NCBI RefSeq assembly: GCF_963921235.1 | Contig: NC_086097.1 | Span: 177,136,001 to 177,200,000, forward strand | Length of the DNA: 64,000 nt | Direction: 5' to 3' | Source of the DNA: Mobula hypostoma | Lineage: Eukaryota | Part shown: positions 12,500-24,699 of the stretch, piece by piece | Layout of the letters: the number at the start of each line of letters is the position of its first letter | Position numbering within the stretch: the stretch's first letter is position 1 | Program-made: the position numbers and the translations under genes | Notes under the pieces: generated by a model | The model's database searches: none | What the model was told of the DNA's origin: nothing | The model's input: the letters and a program-made list of their open reading frames with translations, nothing else

Positions 12500-13410
12500 T
12501 TATCAAAATTCACCAACAATATGGCCTGGTGGAGGCGATGATGAATCATCATATAGAAGGGAGATGGAAAATCTGGTTGAATAGTCCCACAGCAAAAATC
12601 TCTCACTTAACATCAGCAAAATCAAACAGCTGATTGACTGGAGGTGGAGGAAGCTGGAGGTCCGTGAGGCAGCCCTCATCAGGGATCAAAGATGGAGAGG
12701 ATCAATAACTAACTTCCTCATCATCATCATTTCAGGGGATCTGTCCTGGGTCCGGCAGGTAAGTACGATTATAAAGAAGGCCCAGCAGTGCCTCTATTTT
12801 CTTAAGAGTTTGCAAAGGTTTGGAATATCATTTAGAAGTTTTATAAACTTCTATAGATGCATGGTGGAGAACATACTGATTGGTTGCATCTTTGCCTGGT
12901 ATGGAGCCACCAATGCCCTTGAATGAAAAAGCCTACAAAAAGTCATGTATACCTCCTGTTCCATCACAGGTAAAGCTCTCCCCACCATTGAGCATGTTAC
13001 AAAGAGCACTAATGCAGAAAAGATGCATCCATTATCAGGGTCCCCGACCACCAGAACATGCTGTCTTCTCACTGCTGCCATCAGGAAGGAGGTTCAGGAG
13101 CCTCAGGACTCATACCACCAGGTTCAGCAATAGTTATTGCCCCTCCTGTATGAGAGTGGATAACCTGAACACTGAACTGATTCCATAACCTATGGACTCA
13201 CTTTCAAGTATTCTACAACTCATGTTCCCAATATTTGTAACTTACTTATTATTTTGATTTTTTTTGTATTTGCACTATTTGTTGTCTTACACATTGGTTG
13301 TTGGTCCATCTTTGTTTATGTGCAGTTATTGATTAACTCTATTGTGCTTCTTTGTATTTACTGTGAATCTCCACAAGTTAATGAATCTCAGAGTAGCAAG
13401 TGGTTGCATA
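12500..13410 (+). mobile_element. Old Rex1/Babar LINE 3' fragment
   Basis: HAVFSLLPSGRRFRSLRTHTTRFSNSYCP peptide and a Rex1-type 3' UTR. Confidence 0.8.
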
Positions 13411-14470
13411 TAACACACATAAACCGCTGGAGGAACTCAGCAGGTCAGGCAGTATCTACGGAAATGAGTAAACAGTCAACATTTCAAGCGGAGACCCTTC
13501 TTCACAACCAGAAAGGAAGGGAGAATATGCCAAAATAAGGAGGGGTCCAGGAAAGTAATACAAGCTAGAAGATGAATAGGTGAGACCAGGTGGGTGGGGA
13601 GGGCTGATGAAGTAAGAAGCTGGGAGGTGATAGGTAGAAAGGGTAAAGGGCTGGAGAAGGAAAACTGATAGGAGAGGAGAGTGGATCATGGGAGAAAGGG
13701 AAGGAGGAAGGACACCAGGGGAGATGATAGGCAGATGAGGAGAAGAGAGGCAAGAGGGGGGCTAGAGTGGGGAACTGAAGTAGAGGGGGAAAATCACAAG
13801 ATGGAGAAATCAATGCTTATACCATCAAGTTGGAGGCTACCCAGGCTGAATACAAGTTGTTGCTCCTCAAACCTGAGAATGGCTTCATTGGGGCACAAGA
13901 GCAGGCATGGACTGACATGTTGGAATGCAAATAGTGATTGGAATTAAAATGATTGGCCACTGGGAAATCCTGCTTTTAACACATGGAGCGAAGCTGTTTA
14001 ACAAAGCAGTCCCTCCACTCTACATTGGGTCTCTCCACTGTAGAGGAAGCCACATCAAGAGCACCAGATATGGTAGACAACCCCAATGGATTCAGGTGAG
14101 GTGTTGCCTTATCTTGTTTGGGGTCCTGAATGAAGATGAGGGAGGAGCTGACTGCGCAGATGTAGCACCTCTTCCACTTGCAGGTACAAGTGGCAGGAGA
14201 GAGATTAGTGAGGAGGGATGAATAGACAAGAGAATCATGGAGGGAGCGATCCCTGTGGAAAGTAGGGATTGGGGGTGGGAAGTAAAGGTGTGATTGGTGG
14301 TAGGTCCCATTGAAGATGGCAGAAGTTAAGGAGAATAATGTGCTGAAAGCAGAGGCTCATCAAGTAGTAGGTGAGGATAAGAGAAACCTGATCACTGTTA
14401 AGGCAGCGAGAAGAGGGCAGATCTCCAGGAAATGGAGATGCAGGTGAGAGTGGCATCAGTGGCTCCCTCC
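13410..14470 (-). mobile_element. Penelope-like element, degenerate RT-linker/GIY-YIG region plus pLTR
   Basis: Minus-strand VSLILTYY..QHIILLNFCHLQWD, FRTPNKIRQHLT, and the reverse complement of FEEQQLVFSLGSLQ. Purine-rich tract and pLTR remnant at 13410-13510 match 61390-62035. Confidence 0.8.
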
Positions 14471-15095
14471 CAAGTCATTCTCTCTTCTCTCCCCTCCCCC
14501 CCCGCCAAGTAGGCACAAGATACAAAAGATAGAGAACATACATCACTAAGATCACAGACAACTTCAGTCCTGCTGTTATTAGATTCTTGAATGGACCTCT
14601 CATACACAAATGATGAACTCTTGATCTCTCAATCAACTTAATTGTGGCCCTTGAACTTTAATCTCTAACTGCACTACACTTTCTCTATGACTAACACTAT
14701 TCTGCATTCTGCTTTTCTTTTGCTACCTCAATGTGCTTATGTATGGAATGATCTGTTTGGATGGCACACAAACAAAACCTTTTCATTGTATCGCATTACA
14801 TGTGACAATAATAAACCAATTCCAATGCATTTCCAACATAGCCAAACTTCTTCATAGCCTAGAGGTCCAAGTTTAGGCATTGGAAACATGAGACACTAGA
14901 ATCCAAAACAAGAAAAAGATGCTGGAAGAACTCAATGTGTCCAGCAACATTTGTGGAGGCAAATGGACAGCTGATATCATAGGTCAAGACCCATTACCTG
15001 GATGAAAGGTAGAGGAGAGATGATCAGTATCAAGAGGAGATGGAAAGAAGTGAAGCAAGAGCTGACAGGTGATGGGTACAGCCAGGTTAGCAGGG

Positions 15096-15859
15096 TGTCA
15101 TAAGGGGGCACTGGTGACAGATCCAAATGCAAGAGACAGACACTGACGTACTAGGAACAGGACTAGGATTATCAGGGTAGCAAGATATAACAGGAAGAAC
15201 GATGCTAGACATGACACAGGCCCTGGACAAGACTAGGATGCAAGGCCTGGGCTAGGACATGGACAAGAAACACACAACCCAGAGATGGAACCAGGAACAA
15301 GGAGCCTGGACTAGTGACACAGAACTCCAGAACCAGAACCTGAGACAAGGACAGGACAAGGCACTTGGACAGGACAAGACCCCAAAGCCTTGACTTGGTC
15401 TTGGGAGGCAGGACCGCCACACAACAGAGCCTTGGTCTTGGGAGGCAGGACATAGGGCCAGGACTCATACACAGAATGTTGAACACAACAAGACAGTTCC
15501 CAACACTAGGTAGCAGCAAACAGCCAGACCTACCTAGCAAAGGCTTGAACACAGAGACAGTTCAAACCAACAATAGGCAGTTCCTTATCTTGCTCCAGCA
15601 GTTGAACTTGACAGCAGTGCATGCAAAGGTTGCAGGCAAGGCTTCAGGAGGAAAGGGCAGAGAAGAGATTCAGGAAGAGAACTTAGAGAGGAACAATCCA
15701 GCAGCCAAGCCCTGGTCTCCGGAGGTATTTATCTGTCTGCCCAAACGAGAATCAAGTGCCTCAATTAGAGCACCCAACAGAACAATGGAAAGTCTGGAAT
15801 AAGGATCGATGGACCGGACTGTGAACCGGAATGTGGACATCACGGACCGGACCATGACA
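15096..15859 (-). mobile_element. Solo LTR, 764 bp
   Basis: Termini TGTCAT...ATGACA; flanks CAGGG / AAGGG (5-bp TSD, 1 mismatch). Shares CCAAATGCAAGA and terminal GGACCATGACA with the LTR at 44311-45621. Confidence 0.78.
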
Positions 15860-16719
15860 AAGGGTAATAGACTATTTCCACAAATTTCCTACTGCCAACA
15901 GCCTCCAGCTTGGTGAGGTAGATTGAGATATCAAGAGAGCATCTTCAACATATGAGAAATCCATTCAAGCTCGACAGCAGTGGGATAGAAGCCGTCCTTG
16001 AGCCTGGTAGTACATGCTTTCAGGATTTTATATCTTCTCAATGATATTGCTTGCAAGGAGCTTTTAGATACGGTGAATAGGGCTGTAGAAATCAACTCCT
16101 TTTTCCCCTCATACTTGGAGAAAACAATAGAGTCCCTTCACTGAACTGGAAGCCTATTGAATGTCCACGCATGGAATGGAACTACATAACACAAGAGTGC
16201 TTCTTGATAAATGGAACCTGTGCCGGGGCTTTTAAAAAGAAACCCCTCCATTTCCCAGCTCCTTCTAGTACTGAAGTCCACAAAGCTTCACCTAGACCAA
16301 ACACCACAGACCTTCCCTAACTTCTGGGTTCTGGTCCAGAGAGCAGCTTGTCATACCTGAATTTTTCATGAGTGGGAAATGAACAACAGTGTGTGGAAAA
16401 GGGTTACAGAAAGAGTGGTAATCGGACAGCTAGCTGGTGCGGGATGAACAGCTGCCAGCCTGCCTCACTAACTCCATGAGTGAGTCTGCTCAATGTACCC
16501 AACTCCTCTAAGTTCCACCCAGACCCTGATTGTTGTGGCTCATTTATATGTACACAGGATGTCCATAACTCAGGCATCCTTATCCAATGGAGGGCTAGTA
16601 GAAGGGCTTTTCCTCTTTTTATCTAAGGTACTTGTATGATCAAACTTTCAGCCATTAGATTCACTGTGTAAGTGTGAGGTGTTGTACTCTAGAACGTCAA
16701 ATGTAAGGGTAAAGTACAC

Positions 16720-18035
16720 AGTTCGCCTCACTAAGGGCATAGAGTATAAGGGTCAGGAAGTCATAATACAACAGTGTAGAGCTTTGGTTGGCTGCACTTG
16801 CAGTATTACATGTACACATTTCTAGGTCTGGTCGTCCCATTAGAGGAAGTATGTGGAAACTTTAGAGAAGATTCAGAAGAGGTTTACCAGAAAGCTGCTT
16901 GAATTAGAGAGCATGTGCTATTAGGAGAAAATGGATTATTTTCCCTGGAGTGTAGGAGGCTGATAGAAGTTTATAACAATTATGGGGGTGGCTGTTAATT
17001 TGGTTATCCAATATATCCTGGTAGGCTGGATTGACTTATTCCCCAGGTAAAAATGTCAAACACCACAGAACATCCTTTAAGGTAAAGGGAGATTTGGGGG
17101 GCAAGCTTCTTACACTGGGAGTAGTGGGTGCCTGGAGTTGTTTACCAAAGTTAGTAGTGGAAAGAGGCAATTTGAGGGTTCTTCAGAGGCTTTTAGCTAG
17201 ACACATACATGGCACAGTAGCATAGTGGTTGGCACAATGCTTTACAATCGCAGTGACCCAGGTTCAATTCCTGCTGCTCTCTGTAGGAGTTTACACGTTC
17301 TCTCCATGACCAGCTGGTTTCCCTCCGGGTGCTATGGTTTTCCCACACAGTCCTCATAGCTGGTAGGTCAATTGGTCATTGTAGGTTAGTAAATTGCTGG
17401 TGAATGCAGCAGGCCAGGCTCTGATGTGTGTTGTTTGAATCTCCAGCATCTGCAGAACTCCTGTTGTGTGCGAGAACAAACCAGGGTAGGATTTACACGG
17501 CCAGGTCTAACTTGAACTATTGTGTGCAGTTCTGATCTCCTCCCTCAGGAAAGCTATCAATAACATTGAAAGAGTGCAGAGAAACTTTACAAGGAAATTG
17601 CCGGGACTTTAGGACCTGAATTATAGGGAAAGGTTGAATAGGTTAGAACTTTATTCCCTGGAGCATTAAAGAATCAGGGGTGATTTGATAGAGGTATACA
17701 AAATTATGAGGGGTATAGAAAGACTAAGTACAAGCAAGTGTTCTCCACTGGGATTGGGTGAGAGAAGAACTGGAGATCATGGACTAAAGGTGAAAGGTGA
17801 AATGTTTAAAGGGAACCTCTTCACTCAGAGGGTGGTGAGAGTGTAGAACAAGCTACCAGAAGAAGAGGTGGATGCGGGTTCGATTTCAACACCTAAGAGA
17901 AATTTGGATGGGGGTGGTATGGAGGGCTATGGTCCAGGTACAGGTCAATGGTTCGAGCCAGATTAATAGTTCGGCACTGACTAGCCAACTCGATGGGCTG
18001 GTTTCTGTGCAACAGTATTCTATAACTCTATGATT
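16720..18035 (+). mobile_element. Two old CR1 3' fragments separated by a SINE and a short pLTR piece
   Basis: CR1 C-terminal motifs (ERVQRNFTR, GDLIEVYKIMRGI, FTQRVV) with many stops. Confidence 0.78.
17210..17390 (+). mobile_element. tRNA-derived V-SINE (HE1-like)
   Basis: A box TAGCATAGTGG 17218-17228, B box GGTTCAATTCC 17261-17271, then V-domain-like GGAGTTTACACGTTCTC...TCCGGGTGCTATGGTTTTCCCACA. Confidence 0.75.
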
Positions 18036-18054
18036 CTACAGATCAAAAACTGGG

Positions 18055-19545
18055 ATAGAAACATAGAAACATAGAAAATAGGTGCAGGAGTAGGCCATTC
18101 GGCCCTTCGAGCCTGCACCGCCATTTATTATGATCATGGCTGATCATCCAACTCAGAACCCCGCCCCAGCCTTCCCTCCATACCCCCTGACCCCCGTAGC
18201 CACAAGGGCCATATCTAACTCCCTCTTAAACATAGCCAATGAACTGGCCTCAACAGTTTGCTGTGGCAGAGAATTCCACAGATTCACCACTCTCTGTGTG
18301 AAGAAGTTTTTCCTAATCTCGGTCCTAAAAGGCTTCCCCTCTATCCTCAAACTGTGACCCCTCGTTCTGGACTTCCCCAACATCAGGAACAATCTTCCTG
18401 CATCTAGCCTGTCCAATCCCTTTAGGATCTTATACGTTTCAATCAGATCCCCCCTCAATCTTCTAAATTCCAACGAGTACAAGCCCAGTTCATCCAGTCT
18501 TTCTTCATATGAAAGTCCTGCCATCCCAGGAATCAATCTGGTGAACCTTCTTTGTACTCCCTCTATGGCAAAGATGTCTTTCCTCAGATTAGGGGACCAA
18601 AACTGCACACAATACTCCAGGTGTAGTCTCACCAAGGCCTTGTACAACTGCAGTAGTACCTCCCTGCTCCTGTACTCGAATCCTCTCGCTATAAATGCCA
18701 GCATACCATTCGCCTTTTTCACCGCCTGCTGTACCTGCATGCCCACTTTCAATGACGGGTGTATAATGACACCCAGGTCTCGCTGCACCTCCCCTTTTCC
18801 TAATCGGCCACCATTCAGATAATAATCTGTTTTCCTATTTTTGCCACCAAAGTGGATAACTTCACATTTATCCACATTAAATTGCATCTGCCATGAGTTT
18901 GCCCACTCACCCAACCTATCCAAGTCACCCTGCATCCTCTTAGCATCCTCCTCACTGCTAACACTGCCGCCCAGCTTCGTGTCATCCGCAAACTTGGAGA
19001 TGCTGCATTTAATTCCCTCATCCAAGTCATTAATATATATTGTAAACAACTGGGGTCCCAGCACTGAGCCTTGCGGTACCCCACTAGTCACCGCCTGCCA
19101 TTCTGAAAAGGTCCCGTTCATTCCCACTCTTTGCTTCCTGTCTGCTAACCAATTCTCCACCCACACCAATACCTTACCCCCAATACCGTGTGCTTTAAGT
19201 TTGCACACTAATCTCCTGTGTGGGACCTTGTCAAAAGCCTTTTGAAAATCCAAATATACCACATCCACTGGTTCTCCCCTATCCACTCTACTAGTTACAT
19301 CCTCAAAAAATTCTATGAGATTCGTCAGACATGATTTTCCTTTCACAAATCCATGCTGACTTTGTCCGATCATTTCTCCGCTTTCCAAATGTGCTGTTAT
19401 CACATCCTTGATAACTGACTCCAGCAGTTTCCCCACCACCGACATTAGGCTAACCGGCCTATAATTCCCCGGTTTCTCTCTCCCTCCTTTTTTAAAAATT
19501 GGGGTTACATTAGCCACCCTCCAATCCTCAGGAACTAGTCCAGAG
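18055..19545 (-). mobile_element. Young 5'-truncated CR1 LINE with an uninterrupted RT reading frame
   Basis: ORF 18153-19697 is open through the RT domain (PEDWRVANVTPIFKKG, YLDFQKAFDKV, GVPQGSVLGP, KFADDT) to the natural stop. (TTTCTATG)n tail at ~18055-18080. The first ~50 aa of the ORF come from non-CR1 flank. Confidence 0.96.
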
Positions 19546-19799
19546 GATGTGGGATTAACCACTAGAGTCTTTGTGTCTTTTGCTGTTTTGTGCTTGTCAT
19601 TGTATTTATTGTTATACTTACTATTACCACAAGTGCTGTTTACTCTGTGACCTTCATACAAGCAAGGAATTTCTTGGTGTACTGGTATATATGACAATAA
19701 AAACTGAACTAGTTTAATAAATTAATCTCATCTGACTAGATCTGTTTTTGGATAGGAGCCATTTAACCATCTTTGAAAGAACACACTTAATAGTCCCAC

Positions 19800-19942
19800 A
19801 CAAGCAGTCCTGATGAAGGGTCTTTGTCGCAAAAATGTTGACTGCTTATTCCTCTCCATAGACGCTGCCTGACTTGCTGAGCTTCTGCAGCATTTTGTGT
19901 GTGTTCTTCAAGACTTCTAGACTGCAGAATTCCTAGTGTTTA
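19800..19942 (+). mobile_element. Penelope-like pLTR fragment with a degenerate hammerhead
   Basis: AGTCCTGATGAAGGGTC...AAAATGTTGACT (19806-19843; GAAA lost) followed by the pLTR body. Confidence 0.75.
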
Positions 19943-20542
19943 TACTAAATAACCTCACTTCATTGCTTTCTCGTTGAAACCCCGCAAAGTTGTTTTCCCT
20001 TTGAAATATCCATCCTATTTTCTTTTGAAAGCTCTTACCAAATCAGCTTGCACTAGTCTTTTGCATTCCACATCACAACCAGCTGCATTCATTCTTTGTC
20101 CTTTGTACTCTTTGTGTGGGTGGAGAGAGGGATTGTGACCTGCTTTAGGTCAGGAGTACAGCTTAACAGTTTTTCAAGGCGTGTGATCCTGTTAAAAGAA
20201 ACTTGCACCATCAGCTCATTAGGACATTCTCGCCACAGAAACTAAGTTTAAAATAAAAGCAGCGGTAAATATTTGCACAAATATGATTGGTTTATGAAAA
20301 GTATCTGCAGTCTTGATGTGAAAGCTGGCAGAGAGCTGATAACATACAATAAGCCCAATCTTCACGTTCAAATAACAACACTTGAGTAAGAAAATTTCTA
20401 TTTAATGCAAGAAAATCTGAAAATGTGATTTCAGTTCAACTTTGCAGGTGCACAGTGCAGACTGTAGATTTTACAACATAAACACAAGAGATTCTCATAT
20501 GCTGGAAATCTGAAGTAACATACACAAAATGCTTAAGGCACT

Positions 20543-20820
20543 CCTCCATGGACTTGGATCCACCCAGGTTAACACCGCCATGGACGGATCCAAGCCTGAC
20601 TGTGAAAGGCAGAGAGTTGGGCATGAGGCTGGCAACCCTATCCCATAAAATCCCAGCGCTACAGAAACACCCACAAAAGCTCCAAAGACCTCATCCCTGG
20701 GAGAAGAAAGATATTTGAACACGGGCTCCACTGAGGGACAACTCGAAAGACTGGCCCAAGACAGAGGACTCTGCTGTCGGTGCCCGATGCCCTGTTACGG
20801 GGGATGGACTGAAGCAGCAC
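20543..20820 (+). mobile_element. Non-autonomous RTE-derived element inserted in a Penelope pLTR remnant (20478-20890)
   Basis: 5' part has the RTE 5'-UTR-type motif GAGTTGGGCATGAGGCTGGCAACCCTATCCCATAAAA. 3' part encodes the RTE-like terminus LERLAQDRGL. No internal ORF. Confidence 0.65.
20563..20621 (+). ncRNA. Twister-like ribozyme (type P1), degenerate
   Basis: CCCAG GUUAACACCGCC AUGGAC GGAUCCAAGCCU GACUGUGAAAGGCA GAGAG UUGGG versus the twister consensus order UAACACUGCC...GGUCCCAAGCCC...GAGGG; P1 = CCCAG/UUGGG. Confidence 0.55.
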
Positions 20821-21139
20821 AAGACTCAGCAGGTCAAGGCAGCATCTATGGAGGGAAATAAACAGTTGACTATTTGGGCCAAATCCTGGTGAAAGATTAT
20901 AAAATATGCTTTTGATGGTAAGCAACCAGATGAGTGAAATCTGGGAAGTCATAGAACACAGGCATTGAAATGTACTGCACACCTGCACATAATCTGTATC
21001 ACTCCATTCTCTGTCTATTCATGAGTCCGTCTAAATGACTACAATGTTGCCTTGCATCTGCTTATGCTCCTGGCAATGGTTTGCTGACACCCATGACTCC
21101 TTGTGTAAAAAATCTTACTTTGCAAATTACCTCTAGTTC

Positions 21140-21830
21140 AAAATTTGAAGTAAATTTATTATCAAAGTACATTCATGTCATTATATACTACCCTGAGGTT
21201 CATTTTCTTGTGGGCATTTAGAGTAAATACAAAGAAACACAACAGAATCGATAAGAAACCGCACACAACAGGGACAGACAAACAATCAATGTGCAAAAGG
21301 CAAAGATTGTGCAATAAGAGAAAAAAGGAAGAAATATTAAGAACATGAGTTGTGGAGTCCTTGAAAGTGAGCACATAGATTGTGGAATTAGTTCAGTGTT
21401 GGGGGTGACTGAAGCTGAGTGAAGTTATCACTTCTGTTCAAGAGTCTGATGATTGAAGAGTAATAACTGTTCCTGAATCAGGTGGCGTGAGTCCTGAGGT
21501 TCCTGATGGCAGCAATGAGAAGTCGTGCCCGGGGTGGTGGGGTTTCCTGATGATGAATGCCATTTTCCTGCAACAGCATTTCTTGTAGATGTGTTCAATG
21601 GTAGGGAATGCTTTACACATGATGGACTGGGCCCCAAACATTACACGTTGTAGGCTTTTTCATTCAAGGGCTTCAATGTTCCAATACCAGGCTGTGATGC
21701 AACCAGTCAATATACTCTCCACCACCATGTATCTATAGAAGTTTGTCAAAGTTTTAGATAACATGACAAATCTTCACAAACTTATAAGAAAGTAGCGGTT
21801 CTGCCCTGTCTTCCTTGTAATGGCAATTAC
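21140..21830 (-). mobile_element. Old Rex1/Babar 3' fragment
   Basis: PTIEHIYKKCCCRKMAFII..HHPGHDFSLLPSG peptide and a Rex1 3' UTR. Confidence 0.8.
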
Positions 21831-22052
21831 ATAACGGTTAGGGTAACGCTATTACAGCACCGGCAATTAGGTGCAGTTCCTGCTGCTGTCTGTAAGGAAT
21901 TTGAACGTTCTCCCTGTGATCATGTTGGTTTCCTCCGGGTGCTCTGGTTTCCTCCTGCACTCAAAAGCCATACCGGTTCGGAGGGTAATTGGTCTGCATG
22001 GGCTTGTTGGGCTGGAAATGCCTGTTACTGTGCTGTATCACTAAGTAAATAA
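21830..22052 (+). mobile_element. V-SINE (HE1-like)
   Basis: V-domain-like GGTTTCCTCCGGGTGCTCTGGTTTCCTCC and an A-rich end. Confidence 0.7.
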
Positions 22053-22532
22053 ATGAACTGAAAATGGTGCACATTCTCTGTAACTGCAGTATTATAATCC
22101 ACATTCTGATTTTCTCTTTACTCCCTATGTGTGTTTATGTATAGAATGATCTGACTGAACAAACAACAAATTTCACAACGTACACTGGAGACATTAAACC
22201 TGATTCTGAATGGCACGCAAAGAAAAAATGTTCACTGTATCTCGGTACATGAGGTAGTAAGAAAATGCAATGCTACCACCAGTGCAGTACGTTCTGAAGT
22301 GTCTTTACCAGGAAGCACAACAGTCAACTTCACCTTTCACAGTTCTTCCAAATCGGAACACAGTAACATCCTGTCCTTGTAATATTGATGAATGAGAGGT
22401 AAATAGCCCAACCTGGTCCAATCATATTGATGTCATTGCCAAGAAAGCTCTCCAACACCTCTACTTCCTCAGGAGGCTGATGAAATGCAGCATTTCCCGA
22501 TTGACTCTTACCAGTCTTTATTGATACACCAT

Positions 22533-24200
22533 AGAATCAGAATCAGGTTTATTATCACCGGCATGTGACGTGAAATTAGTTAACTTAACAGCAGCAGTTT
22601 AATGCAATACATAATCTAGAAAAGAAAAAAATAATAATAATAAATAAACAAGAAGATCAATTACGTATATTGAATAGATTTTTTTTAAGTGCAAAAACAG
22701 AAATACTGCATATTAAAAAAAGTGAGATAGTGTCCAAAGATTCAATGTCCATTTAGGAATTGGATGGTGGAAGGGAAGAAGCTGTTCCTGAATCGCTGAG
22801 TGTGTGCCTTCAGGCTTCTGTACCTCCTACCTGATGGTAACAGTGAGTAAAGGGCATGCCCTGGGTGCTGGAGGTCCCGAAAAATGGACGCTGCCTTTCT
22901 GAGACCCTAGGTACCCTAGGTACTTTGTAGGCTAGTACCCAAGATGGAGCTGACTAGATTTACAACCTTCTGCAGCTTCTTTCGGTCCTGTGCAGTAGCC
23001 CCTCCGTACCAGACAGTGATGCAGCCTGTCAGAATGCTCTTCACGGTACAACTATAGAAGACTTTCAGTGTATTTGTTGACATGCCAAGTCTCTTCAAAC
23101 TCCTAATAAAATATAGCTGCTGTCTTGTCTTCTTTATAACCACATCAATATGTTAGAACCTCAGAGATCCTGACACCCAGGAACTTGAAGCTGCTCACTC
23201 TCTCCACTTCTGATCCCTCTATGCAGATTGGTACGTGTTCCTTTGTCTTACTGATGTTGAGTGCCAGGTTGTTGCTGCTGCACCACTCCACTAGTTGGCA
23301 TATCTCACTCCTGTATGCCCTCTTGTCACCACCTGAGATTCTACTAACAATGGTTCTATCATCAGCAAATTTATAGATGGTATTTGAGCTATACCTAGCC
23401 ACACAGTCATGTGTATATAGAGAGTAGAGCAGTGGGCTAAGCACACACCCCTGAAGTGTGCCAGTGTTGATCGTCAGCAAGGAGGATGTGTTATCACCAA
23501 TCCACACAGATTGTGGACTTCCGGTTAGGAAGTTCAGGATCCAATTGCAGAAGGAGGGACAGAGAGCCAGGTTCTGCAACTTCTCAGTCAGGATTGTGGG
23601 AATGATGGTATTAAATGCTGAGCTATAGTCGAAGAACAGCATCCTGATGTAAATGTTTGTGTTGTCCTGGAGATCTAAAGCCGTGTGGAGAGCCATTGAG
23701 ATTGTGTCTGCATTGACCTATTGTGGCGATAGCACTTGCTGAGGTAGGAGTTCAGTCTAGTCATGACCAAACATTTCATCACTGTCGATGTGAGTGCTAC
23801 TGGGCGATAGTCATTAAGGCACCCACATTATTCTTCTTAGGCACTGATATAATTGTTGCCTTTTTGAAGCAAGTGGGAACTTCCGCCCATAGCAGTGAGA
23901 GGTTGAAAATGTCCTTGAATACTCCCGCTAGTTGGTTGGCACAGATATTCAGAGCCTTACCAGTATTCCACCGGGACCTTCCACCTTGCGAGGGTTCACT
24001 TTAAAGACAGCCCAACATCAGCCTCTGAGATGGAGATCACAGGGTCATCAGGTGCAGCAGGGATCTTCACAGCTGTAGTTGTGTTCTCCCTTTCAAAGTG
24101 GGCATAGAAGGCGTTGAGTTCATCTGGTTTTTGCTGCCATTCATGCTACTGGGTTTCGCTTTGGAGGAAGTAATGTCTTGCAGACCCTGCCAGAGCATTC
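22533..24200 (-). mobile_element. Rex1/Babar LINE 3' half
   Basis: ORF 23145-23696 ([34 protein letters not shown]) and a (CTGATT)n tail at ~22533. Confidence 0.92.
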
Positions 24201-24699
24201 TGTCTGGATACAAAATGGTTTGCTGAGGCATCTGCTCTGCACGTGGCTGCAAGAAACTGCAGAGTTGTGGACACAGATCAGTACATCATTGAAACCAGCC
24301 TCTTCCCCATGCCCTCTGTCCATATCAAGGTCTCTGAATCTCAGGGTTGTATATGGTGACATATATGTACTTTGATAATAAATTTTCTTTGAACTTTGAA
24401 CTTTGTCTCTACTTCTCACTGAAGCAGGCAGTGTAATCAAAGACCCCACTCATGCTGGGCATTCTTTCTTCTCCCTTCTCTCATCAGACAAAAGTTTAAA
24501 AAAAGCCTGGAAGCAGATACCATCAGGTTCAGCGACAGACTCTTTAACAAACCTTTGAATGATAAAATGGACTCTTAGCCTCACAAGCTAACTCATTATG
24601 ATCCTGCATTTTATCATTTACCTCCACTGCACTTTTTCAGCAGCTTTTACACGTTATCATCGTTGTTTTACCTTATTCTAGCTCAATGCACTGTGCAAT

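Noticed and set aside
17210..17275. tRNA gene
   Set aside because: The A/B boxes run straight into a V-SINE body and there is no complete cloverleaf.
18153..19697. 514-aa ORF as a host or domesticated RT gene
   Set aside because: It is a standard 5'-truncated CR1 ORF2 with its 3' microsatellite tail; the N-terminus is fortuitous flank.
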